DNA of 64,000 nt from an uncultured Spirochaetota bacterium (GTDB lineage: Bacteria; Spirochaetota; Spirochaetia; SZUA-6; CAVTHK01): NCBI GenBank assembly GCA_963734495.1, contig CAVTHK010000013.1, forward strand, positions 320,001-384,000. The letters are read 5' to 3'. Made by a program: the position numbers and the translations under genes. Shown piece by piece: positions 44,872 through 55,233 of the stretch (the stretch's first letter is position 1; each line of letters begins with the position of its first letter). The notes under the pieces were generated by a model. The model had not been told where the DNA came from. It ran no database searches and saw only the letters and a program-made list of their open reading frames with translations.

Positions 44872-45794
44872 TCGCTCCCTCCATCGGCCCGAAGGCGGCG
44901 GCGTTGAGCGCTCCCGCTGCGGCCGCCACCCGCGCGCATTCCGCGTGCGGCAGCCCCTCGAGCAGCCCGCAGAGGAAGCCGGCGTCGAAGCAGTCGCCGG
45001 CACCGGTGGGGTCCACCTCTTCCACGGCGTACGCGGGCGCATCGAGCGAGCCGTCGCGCGTATACACGGTCGCTCCGCGCCTGCCTCGCTTGAGCACGAT
45101 CAGCTCGAGGGCCTCGCTCTCGAAGAGAGAGCGCGCGCCGTCATCGACGTCCTCCCGCCCGCTCAGTGCGCGCAGCTCGGCCTCGCCGGGCAGCAGGACC
45201 GCGGTCCGCTCGAGGATCGGGCCGACCACCGTCGCGGATGTCCCGGCCGCCGAGAAGCTCGGTGCGGATGTTCGGGTCGAAGCTGATCCGCGCGCCGGCC
45301 GAGTGGAAGATCCCGGCGGCGCGGACGATCTCGCGCCGCAGCGATTCCCCGGCCATCAGCGAGCAGCCCATCACGTGGAACCACCGCGGCGTGCGGCCCG
45401 AGGCGTCGGCCGGGAGGCGCCCGTCCGTCCACGACTCCGGCACGCGAGCCGCCACGGCGGGCGTCCCGTCTATGTGAAAGATGAAGCGGCGCGACCCGTC
45501 AGCGAAGTACGTGACGAAGGCCACGGCCGTGGAGCCGCTCTCCGCCTCCAGCACGAAGCGAGTGTCCACACCATCGGCGCGCAGGCGATCGAGCAGGCAG
45601 CGGCCGAAGTCGTCGCGCCCCACCCCGCCGACGATCCCCGCGGAGTGACCGAGCCTCGCCACGGTGTCGATGAAGATCGCGGGCGCGCCGCTCGGGAACG
45701 GGCCGAGGAACTCGCCGGCGGCGTGCAGCGGCATGCCGGCGCGCGGGCGCATGATCTCGACCAGCATCTCGCCCATGGTCCAGACTTCGGCCAT
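44819..45794 (-). CDS. PfkB family sugar kinase (frameshift near 45235)
   Basis: MGEMLVEIMR, GPFPSGAPAIF, VGRDDFG, SFDPNIR, DPTGAGDCFDAGF, FGPMEG. Confidence 0.9.
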
Positions 45795-45830
45795 CTCTTC
45801 CTCCGGAACGCAACTCCCGGACGCGACGCC

Positions 45831-47372
45831 CTACGGGGCGGCCAGCCTTCCCTCGAAGCTCGCGCCGAGCTCGTGAGCCGTCTCGCGGCCTTCCAACGTC
45901 ACGCGGGCCCCATCGAACCTCAGGCGGACCATCGTGTGATCGTTGTTGGCTATGTTGTCATACTCGAAAGCGAACGTGCTCGCATCGACCCAGGAGCCGC
46001 GGAGCCCCTGGGGGAGGCCGTACTTGCCCTTCGACATGCGGTACACGCCGTCGAGGCCCATCGGCCAGGACTCGGGCCCGCCGCCGGCCAGCGTGATGCG
46101 CACGAGGGCCTCGGCGGAGCCGTCGAACTCGACGCTCATCCGCTCGATGTTCATGGGATTCGGGGGAAACGCGAATGTCTTGCCGGAGACCGCCCGTGCG
46201 GTCTCGGGAAGAGGCGCAACCGGCCGGGGCTGCGGAGGCTGCCTGATCGCGGCGAGCGCATCGGCGAGCGTCGCGGCTGCCGCGCGGTTTGCGGGCAGGG
46301 GCTTCTTCGGGTCGACCAGGGCGCTGGTCACGAGAGGATCGATCTCGTCGTAATCGAACCCGCCTCCCGTCGTGACCACGATCCCGTCGAGGAACGGCAC
46401 TACCTTGACGTACTGCCCTCCCCGCCCCGCGGCGGTGTAGACGCCGTTCCCGGGCGTGATCCACCAGCCGTAGCCGTAGTCGTCGCCTCGACCTGTCTTG
46501 ATCTGGGTCCTGGCCGATCTCCTGACCCAGTCTCGGGAGACGAGCTGCCTGCCTTCCCACCGTCCTCCGTTCAGCCACAGGTAGCCGATCCTGGCCGCAT
46601 CTCGCGGGTGCAGGTAGAGGTCGCCCCAGCCGTCGCTGTACCCCTGCGGGTCCGTGGACCACAACACGTCGTGAATGCCCAGCGGCTCGAAGAGATGGCG
46701 GCGGGCGAACTCCAGCGCCGTCGTGCCCGTCGCCTTCTGCAGGATGGCCGAAAGCAGATGCATCCCCGGGCTGTCGTACACGAAGCGGGTGCCCGGCTTG
46801 CGGGTCACCTTGCGGTCGAGCGCGAACCGCACGTAGTCCGGGCTCGCCTGCATCTCCTTGAGGGTCCCCTCGTCGCGTTCGAAGCCCATCGAGTCGAGGC
46901 CCGAGCACATGCCGGCCAGATGCCGCACAGTGATGCCGTCTTTCCACGCGTCGCGGTTCGCGATGACGCGTTCGGGGAAGAACGAGACCATCGGCCGGTC
47001 GAGCCCGAGCTTGCCCTGCCCGGCTGCGATCGCGATCAGCGTGGTCATAACGCTCTTCGTCACGGAGGCCAGGTCGTGGACGGTCTTCCCGTCGTAGGGG
47101 TAGAAGTACGCGTCCACCACCACGGTGCCGCCGCGGATGATCAGCAGGCTGTGGATGGCGATGTTCCGCTCGCGCATCGCGAGCAGCGCCTGCGCGAGCT
47201 TCGCGGAATCGAAGCCCTGCTCCTCCGGCGTGCCGCTGCGCCAGCCCTCCGTGGGCCAGGACGCAGGCGCCTCGCGTTGTCTGCGGCCGCGCAGCCCGAT
47301 GACGAGCGTCGCCGCGAACACGGCGAGGATGGCAGCGGGCGCGATCCAGATGAGAGCCTTGCGCGCGCGCAT
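45831..47372 (-). CDS. Serine hydrolase, class C beta-lactamase/NylB-like, with N-terminal membrane anchor
   Basis: SVTK (SxxK), FVYDS, YGYGWW, AAGRGGQ. Confidence 0.88.
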   Translation of the reverse strand: MRARKALIWIAPAAILAVFAATLVIGLRGRRQREAPASWPTEGWRSGTPEEQGFDSAKLAQALLAMRERNIAIHSLLIIRGGTVVVDAYFYPYDGKTVHDLASVTKSVMTTLIAIAAGQGKLGLDRPMVSFFPERVIANRDAWKDGITVRHLAGMCSGLDSMGFERDEGTLKEMQASPDYVRFALDRKVTRKPGTRFVYDSPGMHLLSAILQKATGTTALEFARRHLFEPLGIHDVLWSTDPQGYSDGWGDLYLHPRDAARIGYLWLNGGRWEGRQLVSRDWVRRSARTQIKTGRGDDYGYGWWITPGNGVYTAAGRGGQYVKVVPFLDGIVVTTGGGFDYDEIDPLVTSALVDPKKPLPANRAAAATLADALAAIRQPPQPRPVAPLPETARAVSGKTFAFPPNPMNIERMSVEFDGSAEALVRITLAGGGPESWPMGLDGVYRMSKGKYGLPQGLRGSWVDASTFAFEYDNIANNDHTMVRLRFDGARVTLEGRETAHELGASFEGRLAAP

Positions 47373-47474
47373 GGGTCTCCTCCTTTCGAGCCGTCCCGCT
47401 CAAGTCTACGGCAAGCCCTCCGCCGGTTCCACGCGGTTCCGTAGGCCGCGCTCAGCGCGAGGCGGCCCGCGCGC

Positions 47475-47840
47475 TCACTTCTTCTTCTTGCTCCTGTTCT
47501 CTTCCGCGCGGAACCGCACGATCCTGGCGATCAGGTCCAAGGGCAGAGGCTCCTCCAGCGGGAACTGGACCGCGCCCTTCGAGCTCTTGTACTTCGCAAG
47601 CTCCGCCTTGAACCGCTCGATCCCGCTGGGCGTCGGGTAGAACCCGATGTGGCCGGCATGCGCCGCGAAATGGACGAGATTCCCGTTGAGATAGAACGTG
47701 GGCATCTGGTAGCTGACCTTTTCCACGGCGTCGGGGACGAGCTTTGCCACGAGCCGCCTGATCTCCCGCAGCCTGCCCCGAACGCCCGGCGGCCGGCTCA
47801 TGATGTACGCGTCGATCGTCGCAAACACCTGGCTCTTCAT
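47475..47840 (-). CDS. DUF1801/YdhG-like protein
   Basis: TIDAYI, EKVSYQMPTF, HFAA..HIGFYP, KGAVQFP..EPLP. Confidence 0.88.
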   Translation of the reverse strand: MKSQVFATIDAYIMSRPPGVRGRLREIRRLVAKLVPDAVEKVSYQMPTFYLNGNLVHFAAHAGHIGFYPTPSGIERFKAELAKYKSSKGAVQFPLEEPLPLDLIARIVRFRAEENRSKKKK

Positions 47841-47876
47841 CCGCGCCCTTCCTCCCCGCGGCAGCGGCCGGCCGCG

Positions 47877-48683
47877 CTACGCCAGGCCCGCGAGCCCGGC
47901 GCTCGCCTTCCACAGCCGCTCCTGCAGCCCCTCGTCGCGGGTCGACGCTCCGCTCGGGGCCTCCCGGCTGTTCGCGAAGTAGCGGCCGCTCACGCCCGCG
48001 ACGGCGGGGGAGAGCGCCAGGTGCACCGAAGTGAGCGCGCCCTGCGCGACAGGCGCGCCCCCCGAAAAGTTCACGTGCAGCAGCTTGGTGTCGATGACGC
48101 CGGGGTGCAGAGCATTGGCCGTCACCCGCGTGCCGTCGAGGCGGCGGGCGAGCGCAAACGTAAAGAGCACGTTCGCGAGCTTCGAGCGGCAGTAGGCGTC
48201 GTAGCCGTCGAAGCCGCGCGCCATCTGCAGGTCGTCGAAGTCCAGCCGCGCGCCCGAGTGCACCATCGAGCTCACGTTGACGATCCGGGCGGGGGCGCTC
48301 TCGCGGAGGCGTGCCAGGAGGAGATTGGTCAAAAGGAAGGGAGCCAGGTGGTTGACGGCGAACGTCATCTCGAACCCGTCGCGGCTCTCCTCGCGCCGCT
48401 TCATCGCGACCCCGGCGTTGTTGACCAGCGCGTCGAGCCGCCCGAACCGGCCGAGCACGTCGGCGGCGAGCGCGCGCACCTCGGCAAGCGACGCGAGGTC
48501 GCCGCTCGCCGCTTCGACCGCCGCGCCGGGGACCTCGGCTTCGACGCGGCGCTTCGCTGCGTCAGCCTTCACCTTGTTTCTCCCGTGGACGACGACCCGG
48601 GCGCCCTGTCCTGCGAGCGCGATCGCCGTCGCGAGCCCGATGCCGTCCGTGCTGCCCGTTACCAGGATGGTCTGACGCTTCAT
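47877..48683 (-). CDS. SDR, retinol-dehydrogenase-like
   Basis: TGSTDGIG, NNAG, FAVNHLAPFLLT, YCRSK, LHPG. Confidence 0.92.
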   Translation of the reverse strand: MKRQTILVTGSTDGIGLATAIALAGQGARVVVHGRNKVKADAAKRRVEAEVPGAAVEAASGDLASLAEVRALAADVLGRFGRLDALVNNAGVAMKRREESRDGFEMTFAVNHLAPFLLTNLLLARLRESAPARIVNVSSMVHSGARLDFDDLQMARGFDGYDAYCRSKLANVLFTFALARRLDGTRVTANALHPGVIDTKLLHVNFSGGAPVAQGALTSVHLALSPAVAGVSGRYFANSREAPSGASTRDEGLQERLWKASAGLAGLA

Positions 48684-48737
48684 GCTGGGGAGAGTATACA
48701 ACGCGACGACGCCGCGGTAGACTCGCGCGGGCCGGCG

Positions 48738-50237
48738 ATGGCGGACTACATCCTCGCATGTGATCTCGGGACCTCGGGCTGCCGCACCGTGCTCTTCGGT
48801 GCTGCGTTCGAAGTTGCGGCCGCGGCGAGCGTCGACACGCCGACCGCGCACCCGGCGCCGGGCTGGGCCGAGCAGGACGCGGAGGACTGGTGGCGCGGCT
48901 TCTGCCGCTCGACGCGCGAGGCGGTCGCCGCGGCCGGGGTCCGGCCCGCCGAGATCGCGGCCGTCGGCATCGGCGCCATGTCCAGCATGGCACTTCCGGT
49001 GGACGCGGGAGGCAGACCACTGCGGCCGGGGCTGCTCTGGTACGACAGGCGGGCCGAAGCCGAAGCCGCGATGATGCGCGAACGCCTCGGCCCCGAGCTG
49101 GCCCGCATCGCGGGCAATCGAAGCGACCCTTCGAACTTCGGGCCCAAGGTCCTCTGGATCAAGGCGCACGAGCCCGAGCTCTACCGGAGGGCCGCGTGGT
49201 TTCTCCACGCCAATGGCTTTCTCGTGCTGCGCCTCACGGGCGAGCCGACGATGGACGTGTCGGAGTGCGGGCTGAGCCAGCTCTGCGAGCTGGCCGCGGG
49301 CCGCTGGTCGCGCGAGCTCGTCGAAGGGTGCGGCATCGAGCGGTCGAAGCTGCCGCCCATCCTCGGCTGCACGGAGATCGCGGGGCGGGTGACCGCGGCC
49401 GCGGCCGCGGAGACGGGGCTCGCGGCGGGGACGCCGGTCATCGCGGGTGCGATGGACAACGTAGCCGCCGTGCTGGGCACGGGGCTCGCGCGCGCGGGCC
49501 GCGCCGGGGTCTCCGCGGGCACCGCCACCAACACCAACGCCTGCGTCGCGTCTCCCGTCGCGCCGGCCGGGATGCACTGCTATCACCACGCCGTGCCCGG
49601 GCTCTGGATCGCGGCAGGCGGCGTCGACTACGGCGGCGCGGGCCTCAAGTGGTTCCGCGACCTGCTCGGCGAGGGGGACTTCGCCCGGCTCGACGCGGAG
49701 GTCGATGCGGAGCCCTACGACCGGCAGCCGCTGATCTTCCTGCCGTACATGGTGGGGCAGCGCGCGCCGCTCTGGAACAGCGCGGCGCGCGGCGCGTTCG
49801 TCGGCCTCGAGCCGGCCACGTCGCGGGCTGCCGTGGCGCGCGCGATCATGGAGGGCAACGCCCTCGGCACCCGCCGCGTGCTCGAGCTCGTCGAGGCGAG
49901 CGGCGTCGCGATCGGGTCCTTCCGCCTGACCGGGGGCTGCAGCCGGAGCCGCGTCTGGGCGTCGATCTTTGCGGACGTCACCGGCAGGACGGTGCAGATC
50001 CCCGGCGGCCGCGACGTCGCGCCGCTCGGCGCGGCGCTGATGGCGGCTGCCGGAGCGGGACTGCAGGCGGACCTTGCCGCGGCGGCGGAACGCGCTGCGA
50101 CGGTCGCGTCGGAGATCGCCCCGCGCCCCGAGCGCCGCGCGTGGTACGACGGCCTCTACTCCGCGTTCTGCCGCGCCTACGACGGAATGCGCGACACTTA
50201 CGACCGGCTCGCGGCCCTGGCGCGCTCAGGCGGTTAG
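48738..50237 (+). CDS. FGGY family carbohydrate kinase
   Basis: ACDLGTSG, WAEQDAEDWW, WYDRRA, GAMDN, FLPYMVGQRAP, TGGCSRS. Confidence 0.92.
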   Translation: MADYILACDLGTSGCRTVLFGAAFEVAAAASVDTPTAHPAPGWAEQDAEDWWRGFCRSTREAVAAAGVRPAEIAAVGIGAMSSMALPVDAGGRPLRPGLLWYDRRAEAEAAMMRERLGPELARIAGNRSDPSNFGPKVLWIKAHEPELYRRAAWFLHANGFLVLRLTGEPTMDVSECGLSQLCELAAGRWSRELVEGCGIERSKLPPILGCTEIAGRVTAAAAAETGLAAGTPVIAGAMDNVAAVLGTGLARAGRAGVSAGTATNTNACVASPVAPAGMHCYHHAVPGLWIAAGGVDYGGAGLKWFRDLLGEGDFARLDAEVDAEPYDRQPLIFLPYMVGQRAPLWNSAARGAFVGLEPATSRAAVARAIMEGNALGTRRVLELVEASGVAIGSFRLTGGCSRSRVWASIFADVTGRTVQIPGGRDVAPLGAALMAAAGAGLQADLAAAAERAATVASEIAPRPERRAWYDGLYSAFCRAYDGMRDTYDRLAALARSGG

Positions 50238-50314
50238 TAGCCACTCGCATGTTGACAGAATCCCGGCCGGCTGATTCGATCGTTGCCTGTCGAAACGCAG
50301 GAAAGGAATCAAAG

Positions 50315-51358
50315 ATGAAGGCTGCCCTCCGCCGCGGCGCCGGCCGCATGGAGTGCGTCGAGCTGCCGGTGCCCGAGCCGCGCGCCGGGGAAGTCCTGAT
50401 CCGCGTGCGCACGGTGGGCATCTGCGGCTCGGACATCAACCGCGTCGTCGAGCGCACGGACCGCTGGGACAGCGTCGTCCTCGGCCACGAGCTCGCCGGC
50501 GAAGTGGCGGCGCTCGGCCCGGGATCGGACGCGGGCGGGCTCGCGGTTGGCGAGCGGGTCACGGCCGCGCCGCTCGTGCCGAACGCCGCCTCGTCGTGGA
50601 GCCAGCGCGGGCTGTACTCCCTCGGCGACGACTACGGCTTTGTCGGAAGCCGCGCCCACGGCGCGATGGCGGAGTACGTCGCGGTGCCGCGGTCCAACGT
50701 GCTCGCCCTTCCGCCGGGGCTCTCCTTTGAGCTCGGCGCGCTCATCGAGCCGGTGACCGTGTGCCTGCACCCGCTCCTGCGCCTCGGCAACCTTCTCGGT
50801 GCGAGCGCGATCGTCACCGGCGCGGGGGCCATCGGCCTGCTGGCGCTGCAGGCGCTCAAGGCCATGGGGGCGCGCACCGTGATCGTCTCCGACGTGGTCG
50901 AGGCCAAGCTCGCGGCCGCGAGGAGCCTCGGCGCCGACACTACCGTCAACCCGACGCGAGGGAGCCTGCGCGACGCGGCGGCGGCGCTCCCCGAAGGCGG
51001 CGCCGACGTCGTGTTCGAGTCGTCCGGCAGCAACCCCGCAAAGAAGGACGCGATCGCCTGCGCGAAGGGAGGCGGCACGGTGCTCCTGGTGGGGACGACG
51101 CCGCAGGACGTGAGCTTCGAGGCGCCGCTCTTCGAGCGGATCACGCGCAAGGAGCTCCGCGTGGTCGGATCGTGGATGAGCTACTCGGCGCCCTTTCCGG
51201 GCCCGGAGTGGACCACGGGGCTCTGGCTGCTCGAGAGCGGCCGCGTGCGGGCCGAGGGCCTGATCACGCACCGCTACCCGCTGGAGCGGGTCGCCGATGC
51301 GTTCGCGATGATCCTCGGGGGCAGGGAGACCTTTATCAAAGTGATGCTCGAGCCATGA
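50315..51358 (+). CDS. Zn-dependent polyol(-phosphate) dehydrogenase, galactitol-1-P dehydrogenase-like
   Basis: GICGSD, GHE, IEP, GAGAIG, GSWMSYSAPFPG; SD AAAGGA. Confidence 0.88.
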   Translation: MKAALRRGAGRMECVELPVPEPRAGEVLIRVRTVGICGSDINRVVERTDRWDSVVLGHELAGEVAALGPGSDAGGLAVGERVTAAPLVPNAASSWSQRGLYSLGDDYGFVGSRAHGAMAEYVAVPRSNVLALPPGLSFELGALIEPVTVCLHPLLRLGNLLGASAIVTGAGAIGLLALQALKAMGARTVIVSDVVEAKLAAARSLGADTTVNPTRGSLRDAAAALPEGGADVVFESSGSNPAKKDAIACAKGGGTVLLVGTTPQDVSFEAPLFERITRKELRVVGSWMSYSAPFPGPEWTTGLWLLESGRVRAEGLITHRYPLERVADAFAMILGGRETFIKVMLEP

Positions 51359-52701
51359 CCCGGCCGCTCAGGCGCTTTCGCGACATCCTCGAGGCGAACC
51401 GCCGCGGCCGCGCCGCGGGCGTGTCCTCGCTGTGCACCGCCCACCCGGTCGCCCTGCAGGCCGCCATGCGGCAGGCGCTGGAAGACGGCTCGCTCGTGCT
51501 GATCGAGTCGACGTCCAACCAGGTCGACCAGTTCGGCGGCTACACCGGGATGAAGCCCGCGGATTTCGCCGGCTTCGCGGCCGCGCTCGCGCGCGAAGCG
51601 GGCTTCCCGCCGGAGCAGCTCCTGCTCGGCGGCGACCACCTCGGACCCAATCGCTGGCAGGACCGCCCCGCGGCCGAGGCCATGGAACATGCGCGCGCCC
51701 TCGTGGCCGCGTACGCGGCCGCCGGCTTCCGCAAGCTGCACCTCGACGCGAGCATGCGCTGCGGCGACGACGCGGGCGAACGCGGCGCGCCCCTCGCCGA
51801 CGCGGTCGTCGCCGCGCGCGCCGCCGAGCTGTGCGCGGCGGCCGAGGCCGCCTGGGCCGCCGCGGGCCGCGACTCGCGAGGCGAGCCGCCGGTGTACGTG
51901 ATCGGCACGGAGGTGCCGGCCCCGGGCGGCGCGCAGGCGGCCGACGCGCCGCCGCGCGTCACCTCGGCCGCCGACGCCGGCCGCACGATCGAGGCCGCGC
52001 GCGCGGCGTTCCTCGACCGCGGCCTCGGCGGCGCGTGGGAGCGCGTCGTCGCCGTGGTCGTGCAGCCGGGCGTCGAATACGGCGACGACGCCGTCTTCGA
52101 CTACCGGCGCGAGGAGGCGCGGACGCTGAGCGAGGCGGTGCTGCGCCATCCGCGCATCGTCTACGAGGCGCATTCGACCGATTACCAGACGCCCGCGGGC
52201 CTGCGCGCTCTGGTCGAGGACCACTTCTGCATCCTCAAGGTCGGCCCGTGGCTCACCTTCGCGCTGCGCGAGGCGCTCTTCGCCCTCGAGGCGATCGAGC
52301 GCGAGCTGCTGGCCGCGCGGCCGGGCGCTGGTCCGGGTCCGGCGCCTTCGGGCCTCCGCGCCGCGCTCGACCGCGCGATGGTCGAGCGGCCCGATGCCTG
52401 GCGCAAGTACTACGCGGGCAGCCCGCGCGAGCAGGCGCTCAAGCGCGCTTTCAGCTTCAGCGACCGCTCGCGCTACTACTGGCCCGTCCCCGCGGTCCGG
52501 GAGGCGGTGGCCCGCCTCGAGGCGAACCTGCGCGCGGCCCCTCTCCCGCTGTCGCTGCTCAGCCAGCACATGAGCCGCCAGTACGAGCTGGCGCGCGAAG
52601 GACGCGTCGCCGCCGACCCGCGCGCGCTCGCCGAGAGCCGCGTGCGGGAGGTGCTGGCGGTCTACGCGGCCGCCTGCGGCCATGCGCGGCGGCAGCCTTG
52701 A
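51355..52701 (+). CDS. gatZ: GatZ/KbaZ family protein (tagatose-6-phosphate 4-epimerase-like)
   Basis: SLCTAHP, IESTSNQVDQFGGYTGM, GGDHLGP, KLHLDAS, YVIGTEVP, VVQPGVE, YEAHSTDYQ, LKVGPWLTF, SDRSRYYW. Confidence 0.92.
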   Translation: MTRPLRRFRDILEANRRGRAAGVSSLCTAHPVALQAAMRQALEDGSLVLIESTSNQVDQFGGYTGMKPADFAGFAAALAREAGFPPEQLLLGGDHLGPNRWQDRPAAEAMEHARALVAAYAAAGFRKLHLDASMRCGDDAGERGAPLADAVVAARAAELCAAAEAAWAAAGRDSRGEPPVYVIGTEVPAPGGAQAADAPPRVTSAADAGRTIEAARAAFLDRGLGGAWERVVAVVVQPGVEYGDDAVFDYRREEARTLSEAVLRHPRIVYEAHSTDYQTPAGLRALVEDHFCILKVGPWLTFALREALFALEAIERELLAARPGAGPGPAPSGLRAALDRAMVERPDAWRKYYAGSPREQALKRAFSFSDRSRYYWPVPAVREAVARLEANLRAAPLPLSLLSQHMSRQYELAREGRVAADPRALAESRVREVLAVYAAACGHARRQP

Positions 52702-52745
52702 CAGCGGGACTCACCCGGGGGTGAACTGAAGCCGGGAGGCCGGCA

Positions 52746-52991
52746 ATGAGCAAGACCTGCATCGCCTGCGGGATGCCGATGACGCGCAAAGAGGATTTCG
52801 CGATGGGCGACCCGTCCAAGGACTTCTGCCGGCATTGCGCGCGGCCCGACGGGACCATGCAGTCCTACGCGGAGAAGCTGGAGAGCATGACGGGCTTTAT
52901 CGCCCGCACGCAGGCGCTCGATTCCGCCGTCGCCCGCGAACGGGCGCGGACGGCGATGGCGAAGCTGCCCGCCTGGAAAGCCCGCGGATGA
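52746..52991 (+). CDS. Zinc-ribbon domain protein (Zn_ribbon_2-like)
   Basis: CIACGMPM...FCRHC...LPAWK. Confidence 0.85.
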   Translation: MSKTCIACGMPMTRKEDFAMGDPSKDFCRHCARPDGTMQSYAEKLESMTGFIARTQALDSAVARERARTAMAKLPAWKARG

Positions 52992-53776
52992 GACCCGAGC
53001 GGCCGCTGGCCGTCGTGACGGGCGCGACCAGCGGGATCGGGGCCGCGTTCGCGCGGGCCCTCGCCGCGCGGGGCCACGACCTGCTGATCACCGGCCGCAG
53101 GCGCGACGTCATCCAAGGGGTGGCCGCGGAGATCCGCGACCGCCGCGGCGTCGCGGTCGAGGTGCTCATCGGCGACCTCGCGGACCCCGCGCACCTCGCG
53201 GCCCTCGAGGGACGCATCCGCGGCTCGAGCCGCCTCGCCCTGCTGGTCAACAATGCCGGGTACGGCAGCGGCGCGGGCTTCCTCGAGGACACGGTCGAGA
53301 ACCAGGTCTCCATGCTGCGCGTGCACGACGAAGCGACGGTGCGGCTGTGCCGCGCGGCCGCGACCCGAATCGCGCGCGGAGGCGGGATCGTGAACGTCGC
53401 TTCGATGGCGGGCATTCTCACGTCGCCGACCTCCGTGGTCTACGGCGCGACGAAGGCCTTTCTGGTGAGCTTCTCGGAGTCGCTCGCGATGGCCCTGCGG
53501 GACCGCGGGATCAGGGTGCAGGCGCTCTGCCCCGGGCTCACGCGCACCGATTTCCACGGCCGCCTCGGTCTCGATCGCGAGCCGCCACGCGGCCGGGGCC
53601 CTGTGGCCGCCGCGCTCTGGATGACGGCCGAGCGCGTCGTGGACGCTTCGCTGGCAGCCCTCGCGCGGGGTACGGTGGTCTGCGTCCCTGGCCTGCTGAA
53701 CCGCCTCGTGCTCGCGGCCGCGCGGGTCGTGCCGCGGCGGCTGTACTACGCGCTGGCCTCGCGCGTGCGCGTGTAG
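52988..53776 (+). CDS. SDR family oxidoreductase (DltE-like)
   Basis: TGATSGIG, NNAG, YGATK, LCPGLTRTDFH. Confidence 0.9.
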   Translation: MRPERPLAVVTGATSGIGAAFARALAARGHDLLITGRRRDVIQGVAAEIRDRRGVAVEVLIGDLADPAHLAALEGRIRGSSRLALLVNNAGYGSGAGFLEDTVENQVSMLRVHDEATVRLCRAAATRIARGGGIVNVASMAGILTSPTSVVYGATKAFLVSFSESLAMALRDRGIRVQALCPGLTRTDFHGRLGLDREPPRGRGPVAAALWMTAERVVDASLAALARGTVVCVPGLLNRLVLAAARVVPRRLYYALASRVRV

Positions 53777-53825
53777 TCGGCGAAGGGCGCCGCGGCGCAG
53801 CCGGCGCGGCGCAGGCGCGGTGGGC

Positions 53826-55226
53826 CTACGGGAAGATCTTGGCCGGGTTCAGCAGGTAGCCGGGGTCGAAGCTCTCCTTGATGCGCTTCATCAGGGCGAT
53901 CTGCACCGGGTCCAGACTGTGGTGCAGGTACTGCTTTCGCACCAGGCCCACGCCGTGCTCCGCCGTGATCATGCCGCCGAGCTCCGTGCAGGCCCTGTAA
54001 ATGAGGTCGGCCGCGTGCGGGACCTTGGCGCGCCAGGTCGCGTCGTCAATGTCCTTGACGATGCAGACGTGCACGTTGCCGTCGCCCGCGTGGCCGAAGC
54101 TGATGATGTTGAGCGCCTCCTGCTTCGCGATCGCCTTGACCCTGTCGAGCAGCACCGGGATCTCCGACCGCGGGACGACCACGTCCATGGTCTCCATGAT
54201 CTTCTGCGGGCTCAGGTTCTTGACGGCCTCGATGAGCTTCTTCCGCGCGTCCCACAGGCGCTCCCGCGTCGGCGTGTTGTCCGCGACCAGCACGTCCTGC
54301 GCGCCGTTGTTGAGGACGATCTCGCCGATCTTCTCGCTGTCGGCCTCCATGGAGGCCCGATCGGCGCCGTCGAGGGTGATCAGGAGGTGAGCGGCGGAGT
54401 CGCGGAACGGGACCTCGCGCTCGAGGAGCTTCTCGCAGGCGAGGAGGCTGTCGCGCTCCATGAACTCGAGGGCGACGGGAACGATCTTCGCCTCGATGAT
54501 CTCCGACACGGACTTCGTGGCCGACCGGATGTCGGGGAACGGTACGAGAAGGTCGATCCGCTCCTTGGGCAGCGGAATCAGGCGAAGGAGGATCTTCGTG
54601 ATCACCGCCAGCGTGCCCTCGGAGCCGAGGAGGAGCTGGATCAGGCTGTAGCCGGTGACGTTCTTGACGACCTTGCCGCCCATGTTGACGACTTCGCCGC
54701 CGGGCAGGACGACTTCGAGGCCGACGACGTAGTCCTTGGTGACGCCGTACTTGACGGCGCGCGGCCCCCCTGAGTTTTCGGCGATGTTGCCGCCCAGCGA
54801 GCAGGAGTCCAGGCTGGCGGGGTCGGGCGGGTAGAAGAGGCCCCGCTCCTCGACGGCGCGGTGCAGGTTGCCGGTGATGACGCCCGGCTCGACGGTGGCG
54901 ACCAGGTTTTCCGCGTCGATCTCGAGGATACGGTTCATCCGCTCCAGCGAGAGCACGAGCCCGCCCACGGCCGGAACCGCGCCGCCGCTCAGCCCCTGGC
55001 CCGCCCCGCGCGGAGTGACGGGAAAGCGCTCGGCCTGGGCGAGCTTCATGATGGCAGCGACCTGGGCCGTGTTCGTCACGCGCGCCACGGCCTCAGGCGC
55101 GTGGTGCAGCTCCGCGACCTCGTCGTGCGAGTACGGCTCGATCGCGTCGGTCTTTACGAGAAGGTTTTCCTCGCCGACGATCTCGCTCAGCTTGAGAAGA
55201 ATCGCCTCGGTCAGCGGCTTGTACAT
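53826..55226 (-). CDS. glcD: FAD-linked 2-hydroxyacid oxidase/dehydrogenase (GlcD-like)
   Basis: TPRGAGQGLSGGA, FYPPDPAS, GGPRAVKYG, GSEGTL, GHAGDGNVH, AEHGVG, NPAKI. Confidence 0.88.
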   Translation of the reverse strand: MYKPLTEAILLKLSEIVGEENLLVKTDAIEPYSHDEVAELHHAPEAVARVTNTAQVAAIMKLAQAERFPVTPRGAGQGLSGGAVPAVGGLVLSLERMNRILEIDAENLVATVEPGVITGNLHRAVEERGLFYPPDPASLDSCSLGGNIAENSGGPRAVKYGVTKDYVVGLEVVLPGGEVVNMGGKVVKNVTGYSLIQLLLGSEGTLAVITKILLRLIPLPKERIDLLVPFPDIRSATKSVSEIIEAKIVPVALEFMERDSLLACEKLLEREVPFRDSAAHLLITLDGADRASMEADSEKIGEIVLNNGAQDVLVADNTPTRERLWDARKKLIEAVKNLSPQKIMETMDVVVPRSEIPVLLDRVKAIAKQEALNIISFGHAGDGNVHVCIVKDIDDATWRAKVPHAADLIYRACTELGGMITAEHGVGLVRKQYLHHSLDPVQIALMKRIKESFDPGYLLNPAKIFP

Positions 55227-55233
55227 GCGTCGC

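Noticed and set aside
45831-47372. Beta-lactam resistance gene
   Set aside because: Motifs fit the broad NylB/esterase-like serine hydrolase group; no evidence for true beta-lactamase activity
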